NCBI RefSeq assembly: GCF_028641065.1
Contig: NW_026576459.1
Coordinates: 1-64,000 of the forward strand
Source of the DNA: Leucoraja erinacea
Taxonomy: Eukaryota
DNA: 64,000 nt
Direction of reading: 5' to 3'
Part shown: in pieces, positions 51,800-64,000 of the stretch
How positions within the stretch are numbered: position 1 is the first letter of the stretch
Layout of the letters: every line of letters starts with the position of its first letter
Notes under the pieces: generated by a model
The model's database searches: none
The model's input: the letters and a program-made list of their open reading frames with translations, nothing else
What the model was told of the DNA's origin: nothing
Program-made: the position numbers and the translations under genes

Positions 51800-52452
51800 G
51801 TCTGAAGAAAGTGAAAGGTATGTTAGCATTCATAGCAAAAGGAGCAGGGAGGTTCTACTGCAGTTGCACAGGGTCTTGGTGAGACCACACCTGGAGTATT
51901 GCGTACAGTTTTGGTCTCCAAATCTGAGGAAGGACATTCTTGCCATAGAGGGAGTCCAGAGAAGGTTCACCAGACTGATTCCTGGGATGGCAGGACTTTA
52001 ATATGAAGAAAGACTGGATAGACTCGGCTTGTACTCGCTAGAATTTAGAAGATTGAGGGGGGATCTTATAGAAACTTACAAAATTCTTAACGGGTTGGAC
52101 AGGCTAGATGCAGGAAGATTGTTCCCGATGTTGGGGAAGTCCAGAACAAGGGGGTCACAGTTTAAGGATAAGAGGGAAATATTTTAGGACCGAGATGAGG
52201 AAAACTTTTTTTCACACAGAGAGTGGCGAATCTGTGGAACTCTCTGCCACAGAAGGTAGTTGAGGCCAGTTCATTGACTATATTTAAGAGGGAGTTAGAT
52301 GTGGCCCTTGTGACTAAAGTGATCAGGGGGTATGGAGAGAAGGCAAGTACGGGATACTGAGTTGGATGATCAGCCATGATCATATTGAATGGCGGTGCAG
52401 GCTCAAAGGGCCGAATGGCCTACTCCTGCAACTATTTTCTATGTTTCTATGT
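51800..52452 (+). mobile_element. CR1 3' fragment
   Basis: [13 protein letters not shown] and tail. Confidence 0.9.
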
Positions 52453-52641
52453 TTCCTGTCCAACACTGTTATCGTTCCTTCAGGTTTGTGAGCTATAATA
52501 TTCTTTTGTGGTTGATTTTGGTGGTGTTGCATTTATATAATGTTGGGGGTTTTTGGACACTTATGGTACACATTTCATGCCAAGCTGGACAAGGTTTCAG
52601 CGTTATTGCACAGGAGGCAGACATTCTGTCTTTCATTTTGT

Positions 52642-52983
52642 TTAAGAAGGAACTGCAGATGCTGGAAAATGGACGATACACAAAAATGCTGGAGAAAATC
52701 AGCCTGAAGAAGGGTTTTCGGCCAGTTCATTGGCTATATTTAAGAGGAAGTTAGATGTGGCCCTTGTGGCTAAGGGGATCAGGGGGTATGGAGAGAAGGC
52801 AAGTACGGGATACTGAGTTGGATGATCAGCCATGATCATATTGAATGGCGGTGCAGGCTCGAAGGGCCGAATGGCCTACTCCTGCACCTAATTTCTATGT
52901 TTCTATGAAACGTTGCCTATTTCCTTCGCTCCATAGATGTTGTTGCACCCACTGAGTTTCTCCAGCATTTGTGTCTACCACCA
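52642..52983 (+). mobile_element. Penelope-type insertion with inverted 5' piece; hammerhead split by a CR1 tail
   Basis: 14-bp TSD GTCTTTCATTTTGT at 52628 and 52984. Confidence 0.8.
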
Positions 52984-53021
52984 GTCTTTCATTTTGTCAC
53001 CTCTGAAAGGGGTATTTGTAT

Positions 53022-53910
53022 AGGGAGGTTTCACGGCAGTGGGGTCACGACCCATGCATGACCCGTACTGTTGCAACGCTACACCGTGGATTACACGCGA
53101 TGAACTGCAGGTAGGCACTTACAATTGTTTCCAGCGTAGAGGGCCCGTTAAAACCCACCGAAATTGTCAATTTTTGCGCTGTAAATAATGATGGAAATCG
53201 GGATAAGCGTGAGAGACATTTATCCTACTTCAGGATTCCAAAAGTGAGGAGAAATGACGGTAGATAGAAGCGAGAGCTGAAGGGACAACAACAGCCAGAG
53301 TGCTTGGCAAACATTGGCCGTTTTCTCACTGCATTTCATCAACTAAAGCATTATTTGTGTTTTTTCTTGATTCCTTTGGCATCTAAAAAGTTTCAGAAGT
53401 GATAAATCTGGTTGTAATTTTTTTAAATCGCCCATGGTTCTCAAGTGGGGTTTTACATACAAAATGAAAATGCCTCTGTAGCAAAATTTACAGCCAGATT
53501 TATCACTTCTGAGACTTTTTAGATACCAAAGAAATCAAGAAAAACTACAAATAATGCCTTACTGTTGATGAAATGCAGTGAGCAAACGCGATAATTCCCA
53601 ATATTTTCAATTCCGATATCTGCACGGCCAATGTTCACCAAGCACTTTAGCTGTTGTTGTCCCTTCAGCTCTCGCTTCTCTATACAGGTACCTTCATTTC
53701 GCTTCACGTTTGGAATGCTAAAGCTAAACCCCGACTTCCACAATTTTTTTCAGTGCAAATATTCACCATTTTGGCTGTTTTTAACAGGTAGGAAAGTACG
53801 TGTTTCTTGCATTAATAACATATACCAGAAGTGACTGATGTCTTCCAGTTGGATTTAGCGGCTCCGTGCGTCGAGCCCTGTGACCCAGTGACCTTACGTG
53901 CAACCCCCCT
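53022..53910. mobile_element. Non-autonomous DNA transposon with inverted THAP remnants (ISL2EU-like?)
   Basis: TIRs AGGG(A/G)GGTT(T/G)CACG, AT flanks; NIGRAD...YRVCSLHF. Confidence 0.7.
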
Positions 53911-53965
53911 ATAAAATGGACACTGGTCATTAACCAAACTTTTTCATGCACAGTTTCTCCTCCAA

Positions 53966-54282
53966 NNNNNNNNNNNNNNNNNNNNNNNNNNNNNNNNNNN
54001 NNNNNNNNNNNNNNNNNNNNNNNNNNNNNNNNNNNNNNNNNNNNNNNNNNNNNNNNNNNNNNNNNNNNNNNNNNNNNNNNNNNNNNNNNNNNNNNNNNNN
54101 NNNNNNNNNNNNNNNNNNNNNNNNNNNNNNNNNNNNNNNNNNNNNNNNNNNNNNNNNNNNNNNNNNNNNNNNNNNNNNNNNNNNNNNNNNNNNNNNNNNN
54201 NNNNNNNNNNNNNNNNNNNNNNNNNNNNNNNNNNNNNNNNNNNNNNNNNNNNNNNNNNNNNNNNNNNNNNNNNNNNNNNNNN
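53966..54282. other. Assembly gap
   Basis: N run. Confidence 1.
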
Positions 54283-55057
54283 GTGTAGAAATATACAAAC
54301 CTCAATTACTTCACCTAATTCTAGTTACAATAAAGTAATATTTTTGATTCCATGTTATTCTTCTTCTTGTATTGACAGTTTTTCTCATTCTCTACAAGTG
54401 GTAACAAATTTATTAAACCCTTTTTGTTATTATAAATCTCACTTGGGGCATGCTTTGGCCTTTTACAAGAGTTTAAGTACTTCATTTTGCATTTATGGAT
54501 ATTATCTCGTGCCTGTGTTATCATTACGTCTATTTTTTAATCCTATCCTTTCCAATAGTTCCAGCTTCCTTCACCAAAAAGAGTCCTGACCCAAAATGGC
54601 TCCTATCCATGTTCACAAGAGATGCTGCCTGACCTGCTGAGTTACTTCAGAACTGTCTTTTTAGCGAGCTGGCATTTGCAGTGGTGAAGAAAGGTGTCAA
54701 CCGAAAAAGGTCACAGATCTATGTTCTCCAAAGATGCTGCCTGACCTGCTGAGTTACTCCAGCACTTTGTGTCTATAAAATATGAGATTTGTACAAAAGT
54801 GAGTAATGATCTTAACTTGGATGATCAAAACATTAAATGCAAGAAGTATAAGTCAAGTCAAGTCACATTTATTTATATAGCATATTTAAAAAACAACTCT
54901 GGCTGGCCAAAGTGCTTTACATTTGTTATAAGAATAGTATAAACAAACAAACTACATACATATATACATGTAGCCCTCGCTCAGTGGACGTCGGGAAAGG
55001 CTTGGGAGTATACATACGTTTTTAGTCTTGACTTAAAGGAGTCGATGGAGGGGGCAG

Positions 55058-55968
55058 TATAAGGAATAAAGTGGACGAGCTTGAGGCTCAGTTAGAAACT
55101 GGCAAGTATGATGTTGTGGGAATTACTGCAAGAGGGCCAGGGCTGGGAACTGAATATTCAAGGGTATACCTCCTATCGAAAAGACAGACAGGTGCCCTGT
55201 TGGTGAGGAATGAAATTGAGTCCCTTGCAAGGGGTGACATTGAAACAGGAGATGTGGAGTCAGTATGGATAGAACTAAGGAATTGTAAGAGTAAAAAGAC
55301 CCTAATGGGACTAATCTACAGGCCCCCAAACAGTAGCCTGGATATAGGGTACAAGTTGAATCAGGAGTTAAAATTGGCATGTAGCAAAGGTAATGCTGTG
55401 GTTGTTATGGGAGATTTCAACATGCAGGTAGACTGGGGAAATCAGGTTGGTACTGGACCCCAAGAAAGGGACTTTGTAGAGTGCCTTTGTGATGGATTCT
55501 TAGAGCAGCTAGTATTGGAGCCTACCAGGGAGAAGGCAATACTGGATTTAATGTTATATAATGAACCGGATTTGATAAAGGAACTCGAGGTTAATGAGCC
55601 ATTAGGAGGTAGTGCCCATAACATGGTCAGGTTTAATCTACAATTGGAGAGGGAGAAGGGTAGATCGGAGGTGTCAGTGTTGCAGTTGAATAAAGAGGAC
55701 TATGGGGCCATGAGGGAGGAGCTGGCCAAAGTTGACCGGAAAGATACACTAGCATGGATGACAGTGGAACAAATGGCAGGTGTTTCTAGGAATAATACAG
55801 ATCATGCAGGATCAGTTCATTCCAAGGAGGAAGAAAGGTTCCAAGGGGAGTAAGGGACGACCATGGCTGACACGGGACGTCAGGGACAGTATAAAAATAA
55901 AAGAGAAGTACAACGTAGCAAAGATGAGCGGGAAGCAAGAGGATTGGGTAATGTTTAAAGAACAACAG
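55058..55968 (+). mobile_element. CR1 endonuclease fragment
   Basis: YRPPNS, MGDFN, PTREKAILDL. Confidence 0.9.
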
Positions 55969-57653
55969 AAGATATTGTCTATCAGTTTGGGTGGATTTAA
56001 GAAATACAAGGGATATAATTTGCAAGTGAGTATCGTCTAAAGAATATCTATTGCTAGTTGCACTGCAGGCAGAATACAAATTAAACTTTTGCTAAAAGTG
56101 GCACGCAATGATTTGAAACCATGTTAAGTTGTTTAGTTTAGAGATACAGCGCGGAAACATGCCCTTTGGCCCTCTAAGTCCGCACCGACCAGCGATTCCC
56201 GCACATTACTAGCTACCCTACACAGTCTAGGGACAAATTACATTTAGACCAAGCCAATTAACCTACAAACCTGCGCAAATATTAAACTCAACTTTCCCTG
56301 TAAACGGAGCTAACTACAATTACTTTAACCAGGGAACATGGCTATGTCAAGTGCTGGAGGCATTCAGCAGTTCAGGCACAATCTGCCTGACTGCAAGTGG
56401 AATGGACAGATGACACCTCAGGTCAGCAACTTTCCTCAGACTGATGAAAGAGAGTGAAAAGCGGCAGAGGCACGCAGGACAAAGCCAGCAAGTAAATGGG
56501 TGCTACATGTGGGGTGTAATTAGCCTCATATGGATGGAGTGAGGGACAAAGGCTCGAGGTGAAAGGGACAAAATGCCAAATAAGGAGAGTACTAGGAGAG
56601 TAATGGGTGGAAGGGAGAGAAGGAAATATGAGACTCCCGTTTGACAGCTGAGCGTACAGTGGAAGGGAAAGGACCAGTGTTAGTTAGTTAGTTAGTTAGT
56701 TCACCAGGGTGTGTTGGGGGGGGGGGTGAAGGGAAGTACACTCATCTCCCAACTCCTTGTCCCACATTTCCCTTTTACATTCCCACCCCACCTCACCCTG
56801 GTTTTACATTTCACAGCTCTTGTCCTTATCCAACACGTTTTATCAATTTCACCTTCAGCCTTTGTCACTTACTCCACCCATCTGCCCATCGCCCACTCAC
56901 CTGTATCCACCCATCACCAGTCAGGCAGTGCCCCTCCCTCACCTCATTTCCAGCTTTCTCCCGTATTTCAGCCTGAGGGCTCCGGACCCGATTAGTCATC
57001 TGTCCATTTCTTCAGATACTGCCTGACCCACCAAGTTCCTCCAGCACTGTTGTTTATGCTCAAGATTCCAGCGCCTTGAATTGAAAGAACCGTGAATACA
57101 AAATAATTCAAGATATTATGGAAACATGCCGTCTGGCCCACCTAGTCTGTACAATCCAACGATCATCCCGTACACTAGCACTATCCTACACACTAGGGGC
57201 AGTTTACTAAAACCAATTAACCAACAAATCTCCGAGTCTGATGAAGGGTTTCGGCCCAAAATGTTGCCTATTTCCTTCGCTCCATAGATGCTGCTGCACC
57301 CGCTGAGTTCCTCCAGCATTTTTGTGTACCTACTACAGATGCTGCCTGACCCATTGAGTTCCTCCAGCACTGCTTTTATTGCTAAAGATCCAGCATCCTG
57401 AATTGTAAAGCCCTTGACCATACATAAATAGAAAAACCCATTGTTAATCCAGGTATCCAGGATTTCCAGGTATTATTGGCTGATATTTTAGGTGGGGTGA
57501 GGGAAGAGATCCTGATGAGGAGAGCTCTGAACACATGTTATCCCGAATGAAAATAGTGCATGTTTAGATGAAAGCAGAATTTGGCACAAATATCTTTCAT
57601 CAATCTTCATTTGTATTTATTGTGTGTTTGAATCTTTTAACAACACTTCACAG

Positions 57654-58381
57654 GTTTTCAACAAGAAGAAAGAGTTTAAGACGGTCTACAGTTCAACGGA
57701 TAAAGCTGAGAAATCAGGTCTTTGAGGAAGATAATGACAAGTGCACGGACATAGTTGAGCAGACACTGCCTGCATTCCTGACTCCGTCAGCATCCTGTGT
57801 TGCACCAACTACCAGTGGGGAAACTGAGACCAGCCTGTCGTCTTTTGTTCCTAGAAATGGCAGATGTCCACTGGTTGTTATATCAGTGAACGATAGAAAG
57901 GCTGCAGAATCACATCAAAAGGATCAAGTGGCCTCTGCGAGCCAAGCTCTGCAGAATTTTGAATGTGTGGACTTGCTTCAGAAAGCAAATGACATCCAAC
58001 TACATCTGCAAAATGGAGCTGTGTTGGAATCGTTGACTCCTGCTGCTGGTGTCTTGCTCGTTCACAGCCCACATCATGAGCAAAGTGGGATGAAAAACAA
58101 TGTTGATGCCGCTGGTGAAAGCACAGAATCTATCTCCGCTAACTTGTAGCTGAATAATTGTCCAGCTGATGAGGAAGATTTAAATAGGTCTGCCTGCAAC
58201 CTCAGAACATCACGTAGGTTGATGCAGAAAAGAATTGATAGTCACAAATCCAGTTGTGTAAAGTTAAATGATAAGTACTCATTGAATGTTCAACGTGCCA
58301 CCACGGTGCAGGAATCCACCAAAACATCATTGCGCAAACCCATTGCCAGGGCAAAGAATAACCTACTTTCTTCTCCCAGTT
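57654..58381 (+). other. Unidentified large exon-like segment with one in-frame stop
   Basis: CACAG acceptor and GTAAGT donor; ORFs 57568-58149 and 58219-58434 are in the same frame. Confidence 0.5.
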
Positions 58382-58499
58382 GTAAGTATCGTCAAACAAA
58401 AGCTATAGAGAATGCTGGAAATGTTCTCAGTTAATATTTGTGGAGAGAGAAGCAATTTATTTAATGATTTATTTAATTATTAGGATAGCGATCCCTGAA

Positions 58500-60995
58500 A
58501 GACTACTGTGTGCTGATCTTCACAGAGACCTGGCTCAGCGCGCTGGTTCCCGATGGGGCTATGGACCTAACGGACAGGTCACTGCATCAGGCTGATAGAA
58601 CAAAGGACTCTGGTAAGAGCAAGGGTAGCGGGCTCTGCATCTACATCAATAATGACTGGTGCACCAACCACACTACAGTAGAGAGCTACTGTTCCCCAGA
58701 CCTGGAATACCTACTGCTTAAATGTAGGCCGTTTTACCTGCCTCGGGAGTTTACTGTGGTTATCATCATGGCCATATACATCCCACCACAGGCTAATGGT
58801 AACCTAGCACTAGCACAGCTGCACTCGGCCATCAGTAAGCAGCAGGATGCTCACCCCGACGGTGCCTTCATTGTTGCAGGGGATTTTAACCAGGTCGACC
58901 TACGAGCCACACTCCGCAAATTCCACCAGCATATGCAGTGCCCTACCAGGGGCTCAAACACACTGGATAAAGTGTACACCAACATCAAGGACACTTACAG
59001 AGCTCTCCCCTGCCCATCTCTGGGGCAATCCGATCGCCTCTCACTGTTTCTACTGCCTGCATACAAAACCCCTCATCCGCAAGACCAAACCTGCAATAAG
59101 GACGGTCAAAATATGGCCCGAGGATGCCACCCTACAACTCCAGGACTGCTTTGATCGCACAGACTGGGACCTGTTTGTACAACAGGCTACCAGTGGTACA
59201 GAGGTAGACTTGGAGGAGTACACATCCACTGTGCTCTCCTACATCAACTGCTGTGTGGAGACTGTCACAGTGGACAAGCAAATAAAGATGTTCCCAAACC
59301 GGAAGCCCTGGATGAACAAGGAGGTTCAGGATCTGCTAAGGGCACGCAACAATGCCTTTAAATCCAGGGACACTTCTGCCTACAGTGCGGCCAGGTCGAA
59401 CCTGAACAAAGGCATAAAAAAGGCCAAAGACATCCACAGGCAAAGGGTAGAAGAACACTTCAATACCACGGACACCAGAAGCATGTGGCAGGGTGTCAGG
59501 GACATCACTGACTACAAGAGCAGCCCCGCCTTCCCCCACGGTGATATCACACTGGCCAACGAACTAAACACCTTCTTTGCCCGGTTCGAAACTGGCAACA
59601 CCACCAGGAGTGGAATAACCCCGGCCATGGTGGAGGGACAGGCCTTAACACTGAGCACTCAGGAGGTACAGTGCGCTCTGCGTAGGATCAATCCACGCAA
59701 GGCTGCAGGCCCGGATGGAGTCCAGGGAAGGGTACTAAAGGACTGTGCTGTACAGCTGGCGGAGGTATTCACGAGAATCTTCAATCTGTCTCTATCTCTG
59801 GCAACGGTCCCCAAGTGCCTGAAAACAGCCACCATAGTGCCGGTGCCGAAAATGTCCAAAGTCACCAACCTGAACGACTACCGCCCGGTTGCCCTAACTC
59901 CAATCCCAATGAAATGCTTCGAAAGGCTGGTCCTCTCCCACATCAAATCCAGCATCCCTGCCTCACTGGACTCTCATCAATTTGCATACAGGGCAAATAG
60001 ATCAACAGAGGATGCCATCTCTCTGGCTCTTCACACTGTCCTGACTCACCTGGACAGACAGGGCACGTACGTGAGGATGCTCTTCATTGACTATAGCTCT
60101 GCATTCAATACGGTCATCCCCACCAAGCTCACCACCAAACTCCACCAGCTAGGCCTCAGCTCGCCGATATGCGATTGGATCCTGAACTTTCTGACGGAGC
60201 GACCGCAGGTAGTGAGACTGGACCCGCACCTGTCCTCCACTATCACCCTGAGCACTGGCACATCACAGGGCTGTGTACTAAGCCCCATGCTCTACTCCCT
60301 CTTCACTCACGACTGTGTTCATGCATTCGACACCAACACCATCGTCAACGGTGATGAAACTAAATACAGAGCGGAGGTGCAGAACCTGGCGGACTGGTGC
60401 ACACATAACAACTTCACTAAACACCTCCAAGATCAAGGAGCTGATTATTGACTTCAGGAGGTCCCATAATGGAGAATACGCCCCAATCTCCATTTACGGG
60501 GACAGTGTGGAGAGAGTGTCCAGCTTTAAATTTCTGGGCACTCACATTTCAGAGGACCTCACATGGTCCACCAACACCGCTGCGCTGGTCAAGAAGGCAC
60601 AGCAACGACTGTTCTTCCTGAGGACATTAAAAAAGACTGGTCTGCCCCAACAGCTGCTGACAACGTTTTACCGCTGCACAACAGAGAGCATATTAACGTA
60701 TGGCATCTCTGTGTGGTATCTCAGCTGCATGGAGGCGGAGAGGAGAGCTCTTCAGCGCGTCGTCCACAGAGCGCAGAGGATCATTGGGACAGAGCTACCA
60801 GCCTTGGAGGGCATCTACCACACACGGTGCCTCAGGAAGGCTGTCAGCATCCATAAAGGCTCATCACACCCCTGTAACGGTCTATTCGAACTACTTCCCT
60901 CCGGCAGGCATTACAAGGCCTTCTACGCCCGAACCTCCAGACTCAGAAACAGCTTTATTCCAAGAGCTATAGCGGCTCTGAACCGGCCCTGCTGA
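58500..60995 (+). mobile_element. Rex1/Babar LINE (EN+RT), frameshifted, FADD segment deleted
   Basis: FTETWL, AGDFN, NDYRPVALT, QGCVLSP; NTIV joins directly to NGDE. Confidence 0.93.
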
Positions 60996-60998
60996 GTA

Positions 60999-61035
<37 letters not shown>

Positions 61036-61036
61036 G

Positions 61037-61297
61037 AAATGAAATGAAATGAAATGATTCAATTTATTGTCATTGTCAGTGTACAGTACAGAGACAACGA
61101 AATGCATTTTTAGCATCTCCCTTGAAAGGGAGACACAGGGCGTCGCGGTGTGCCCGCGCCTGCCGCCGTACATTCCATTACAGGCAAAGGTGGGTGAAGT
61201 GTCTTGCCCAAGGACACAACGACAGTATGCACTCCAAGCGGGATTTGAACCGGCTACCTTCCGGTCACCAGCCGAACTCTTAGCCCATTGTGCTATC

Positions 61298-61299
<2 letters not shown>
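61037..61299 (-). mobile_element. tRNA-derived SINE inserted in (TTA)n microsatellite
   Basis: A box TAGCACAATGG, B box GGTTCAAATCC, (CATTT)n tail. Confidence 0.8.
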
Positions 61300-61343
<44 letters not shown>

Positions 61344-61578
61344 TGTCCTCGAACTGGAGAAACTAGTGGTGTTCTCTTTGTAGCAGTGAAAACTGGGGAT
61401 ATTTGATAGAGATGGACTGATAATGGATGTTTTAGATGGTACAATGAGAGGGGAAACTGCTCCCATTGTGGATGGTTCAATGACCCATGTTCGGTGGTGG
61501 GGTGAATGAGGCAGAGTGATTATGTTCTAGGCACTTGCCAATTAAAATGGCAGCTGGTGCCTAGGAAGAGTAGATAAG

Positions 61579-61616
<38 letters not shown>

Positions 61617-62235
61617 TCTCTGAAATTGAGTGGACAAGATACAAGAAATGGGCATATGTAACCACACACATTAGTGTCTACCCAGCGACTTAATTAGTCT
61701 TATTCTGTCGTGTCCTTGTGCTATATAGTGGATCACCACTGTTGTACATATTGTTACACTATTGGAGTGTTAAGTGTAAGTTGTGCAGTAGCACATGGAT
61801 TATTCAGCAATGGGCAATGGGCATTGCACTAGGTGTTACATTGTCTGGGTCTATGTACCACAGTCACAGGGTGTTGTACCCCCGATGTAGGGCACATTTT
61901 TCATATCTTTCAGGTAATTAGCACCCTAGCCACTAATTGGATGAGAATGGATAAGGGGAATATCTTCGGTACGCATGCAAGCTCACTCATAGAGACCTTC
62001 AGAGCTCTCCATTCATAAAGCTTCAACACACAGTCTTTTGATAATTATTTTCTCTATTGTAGATAGAAAACAGTAAGATATATCCAAGGTTTTTCAGACT
62101 TGTTACGGCAATCTTCTTCAAACTCCAGCTCATTACTTCAGATATTAGAAAGCTCCTCGTGTCTCCGTAACAATGACATGGCCGAAGGATTAGCCTTCTC
62201 CATCGTCTCTCCAAAACTAATCTAAAAACTAAACT

Positions 62236-62460
62236 TGTACGTAATCGAATTTTAGTCTCTTCTCCTCTGATATTCAGCCTTCTCGTCAGGCTTTCTGTGC
62301 AAAAGGTAGTCGAACTTCCATGATCCAGAAAAGCATATGTTTGCAACACTGCATTCATCTTGCTGTTCCTTACATGCACTGGTGAGATAGAAAAATGACG
62401 AGTTTCAACCCCGGCCCCAATATGAGCAGATGCTTGAGGCGAGGTGATAGCATTTCTAGT
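62236..62460 (-). mobile_element. BEL/Pao LTR retrotransposon protease fragment
   Basis: PVHV...TYAFLDHGSSTTFCTESL. Confidence 0.75.
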
Positions 62461-62466
62461 AGTTGG

Positions 62467-62541
62467 CTTCTTCTTCTTCTTCTTCTTCTCCTTCTCCTTC
62501 TCCTTCTCCTTCTCCTTCTCCTTCTCCTTCTCCTTCTCCTC
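62467..62541. repeat. (TTC)n/(TTCTCC)n microsatellite
   Basis: Direct. Confidence 0.95.
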
Positions 62542-63370
62542 TCCAGGGTGACCAAGGCTGGGAGCTGAACATCCAGGGATATTCAATATTCAGGAGGGAT
62601 AGAGAGAAAGGAAAAGGAGGTGGGGTAGCATTGCTGGTTAGAGAGGAGATTAACGCAATGCAAAGGAAGGACATTAGTTTGGAGGATGTGGAATCGGTAT
62701 GGGTAGAGCTGCGAAACACTAAGGGGCAGAAAACGCTGGTGGGTGTTGTGTACAGGCCGCCTAACAGTAGTAGTGAAGTTGGAGATGGTATCAAACAGGA
62801 AATTAGAAATGCGTGCGACAAAGGCAAAACAGTTATAATGGGTGACTTCAATCTACATATAGATTGGGTGAATCAAATTGGCAGGGGTGCTGAGGAAGAT
62901 GATTTCTTGGAATGTATGCGGGATAGTTATCTAAATCAACATGAAGAGGAACCAACGAGAGAGCAGGCTATTTTAGACTGGGTACTGAGTAATGAGGAAG
63001 GGTTAGTTAGCAATCTGTTGTACGTGCCCCCTTGGGCAAGAGTAACCATAATATGGTTGAGTTCTTCATTAGGATGGAGAGTGACATTGTTAATTCAGAA
63101 ACAATGGTTCTGAACTTAAAGAAAGGTAACTTTGAGGGTATGAGACGTGAATTGGCCAAGATTGACTGGCAATTAATTCTAAAAGGGTTGTCGATGGATA
63201 TGCAATGGAAGGCATTTAAAGACTGTATGGATGAACTACAAAAATTGTTCATCCCAGTTTGGTAAAAGAATAAATCAGGGAAGGTAGTGCATCCCTGGAT
63301 AACAAGGGAAATCAGGGATAGTATCAAAGCGAAGGATGATGCGTACAAATTAGCCAGAAAAAGCAGCATA
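62542..63370 (+). mobile_element. CR1 endonuclease fragment, near-identical to 41203-42030
   Basis: LQGDQGWELNIQGY... Confidence 0.92.
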
Positions 63371-63619
63371 CTTCTTGTCTTGAATTCTGAACTTTGATTC
63401 CCAAACAGTTAGTGGAGCATTCATTACTCCCTTATTATTTTTAGGTACATGTGTTTTCTCAAGCACTCATCTAAATAAAGGTGAAGGTTTTTGCATGCTA
63501 AATTTGTATTTAAGCAATGAGCAATCATTTTATCTTGTTCCCCACCAATCCTCCTCTTTCTGAACAGAGGCAAAGCTTTCTTCTTTCTAAACTTTCATTC
63601 CATTGTGGAAAATAAGTAG

Positions 63620-64000
63620 CTTTGCCTTGCAGCTGCGGCTCGCCTGCAGTCCGTTTGTCTTTTCTTTTTTTGTTTTCTTTTGTCCCGTTTTTACAGTGTA
63701 TTTCGGTTTATTTAGTTGTGTATGTGTGGGGGGGTGGGTGTAACATGTTTTTTGACTCTTCCTTCGGGGGGGATGCGACCTTTCTTGCCGTATCCCCCGT
63801 CTCCGTGTCCGTCTGCGCTGAGGCCTATCGCGGAGCTGGCGGCCTCCAACTGCGACTGACCTCGAGGCTGCGGAGGCAGAGCCAGGACTTGCCAACGCGA
63901 GGCTGGCCGACTTCGGGGCTGTGGTTACGACCTGACTTTGGAACCTCGAAGGCTCGGCCGCGGGCCAGTGGACGACATCGTTGGGAGCTCACAGGTGGTG
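63620..64000 (+). mobile_element. GC-rich retroposon, 5' part (related to 50241)
   Basis: GCAGC..GCC..TGCAG.CCGT head, T-rich tract, G-run. Confidence 0.55.

Noticed and set aside
52484-52615. Hydrophobic exon-like segment (FVSYNILLWLILVV... / MLGVFGHLWY...)
   Set aside because: Needs a frameshift, has no canonical donor and no recognisable homologue
61230-61299. tRNA gene (also ~6130 and 7890)
   Set aside because: SINE heads continuous with SINE bodies or decayed; no complete cloverleaf

Overview
Repeat-dense vertebrate genomic DNA with three N-gaps. The repeat content (CR1, Rex1/Babar, Penelope, V-SINE) and the gene style suggest a cartilaginous fish (inference). Genes: (i) a + strand butyrophilin-like gene with leader (9852-9906), IgV, IgC, TM and two 27-nt exons, probably ending in a B30.2 exon inside a badly assembled stretch (34547-38068); (ii) an inverted, truncated IgV paralogue fused in frame to a Rex1 RT; (iii) two copies of a TDP2-like UBA first exon, within a duplicated block about 43 kb apart; (iv) an unidentified 728-nt exon-like segment. 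Mobile DNA includes a full-length L1 with a 15-bp TSD whose only ORF2 defect is a compensating pair of homopolymer indels. Best finding: a ~140-nt TSD-flanked retroposon whose 5' end is a compact HDV/CPEB3-type ribozyme fold (8242-8294, minus strand). Several minimal hammerhead motifs also occur in Penelope-type repeats. All ribozyme calls come from manual folding and are untested.
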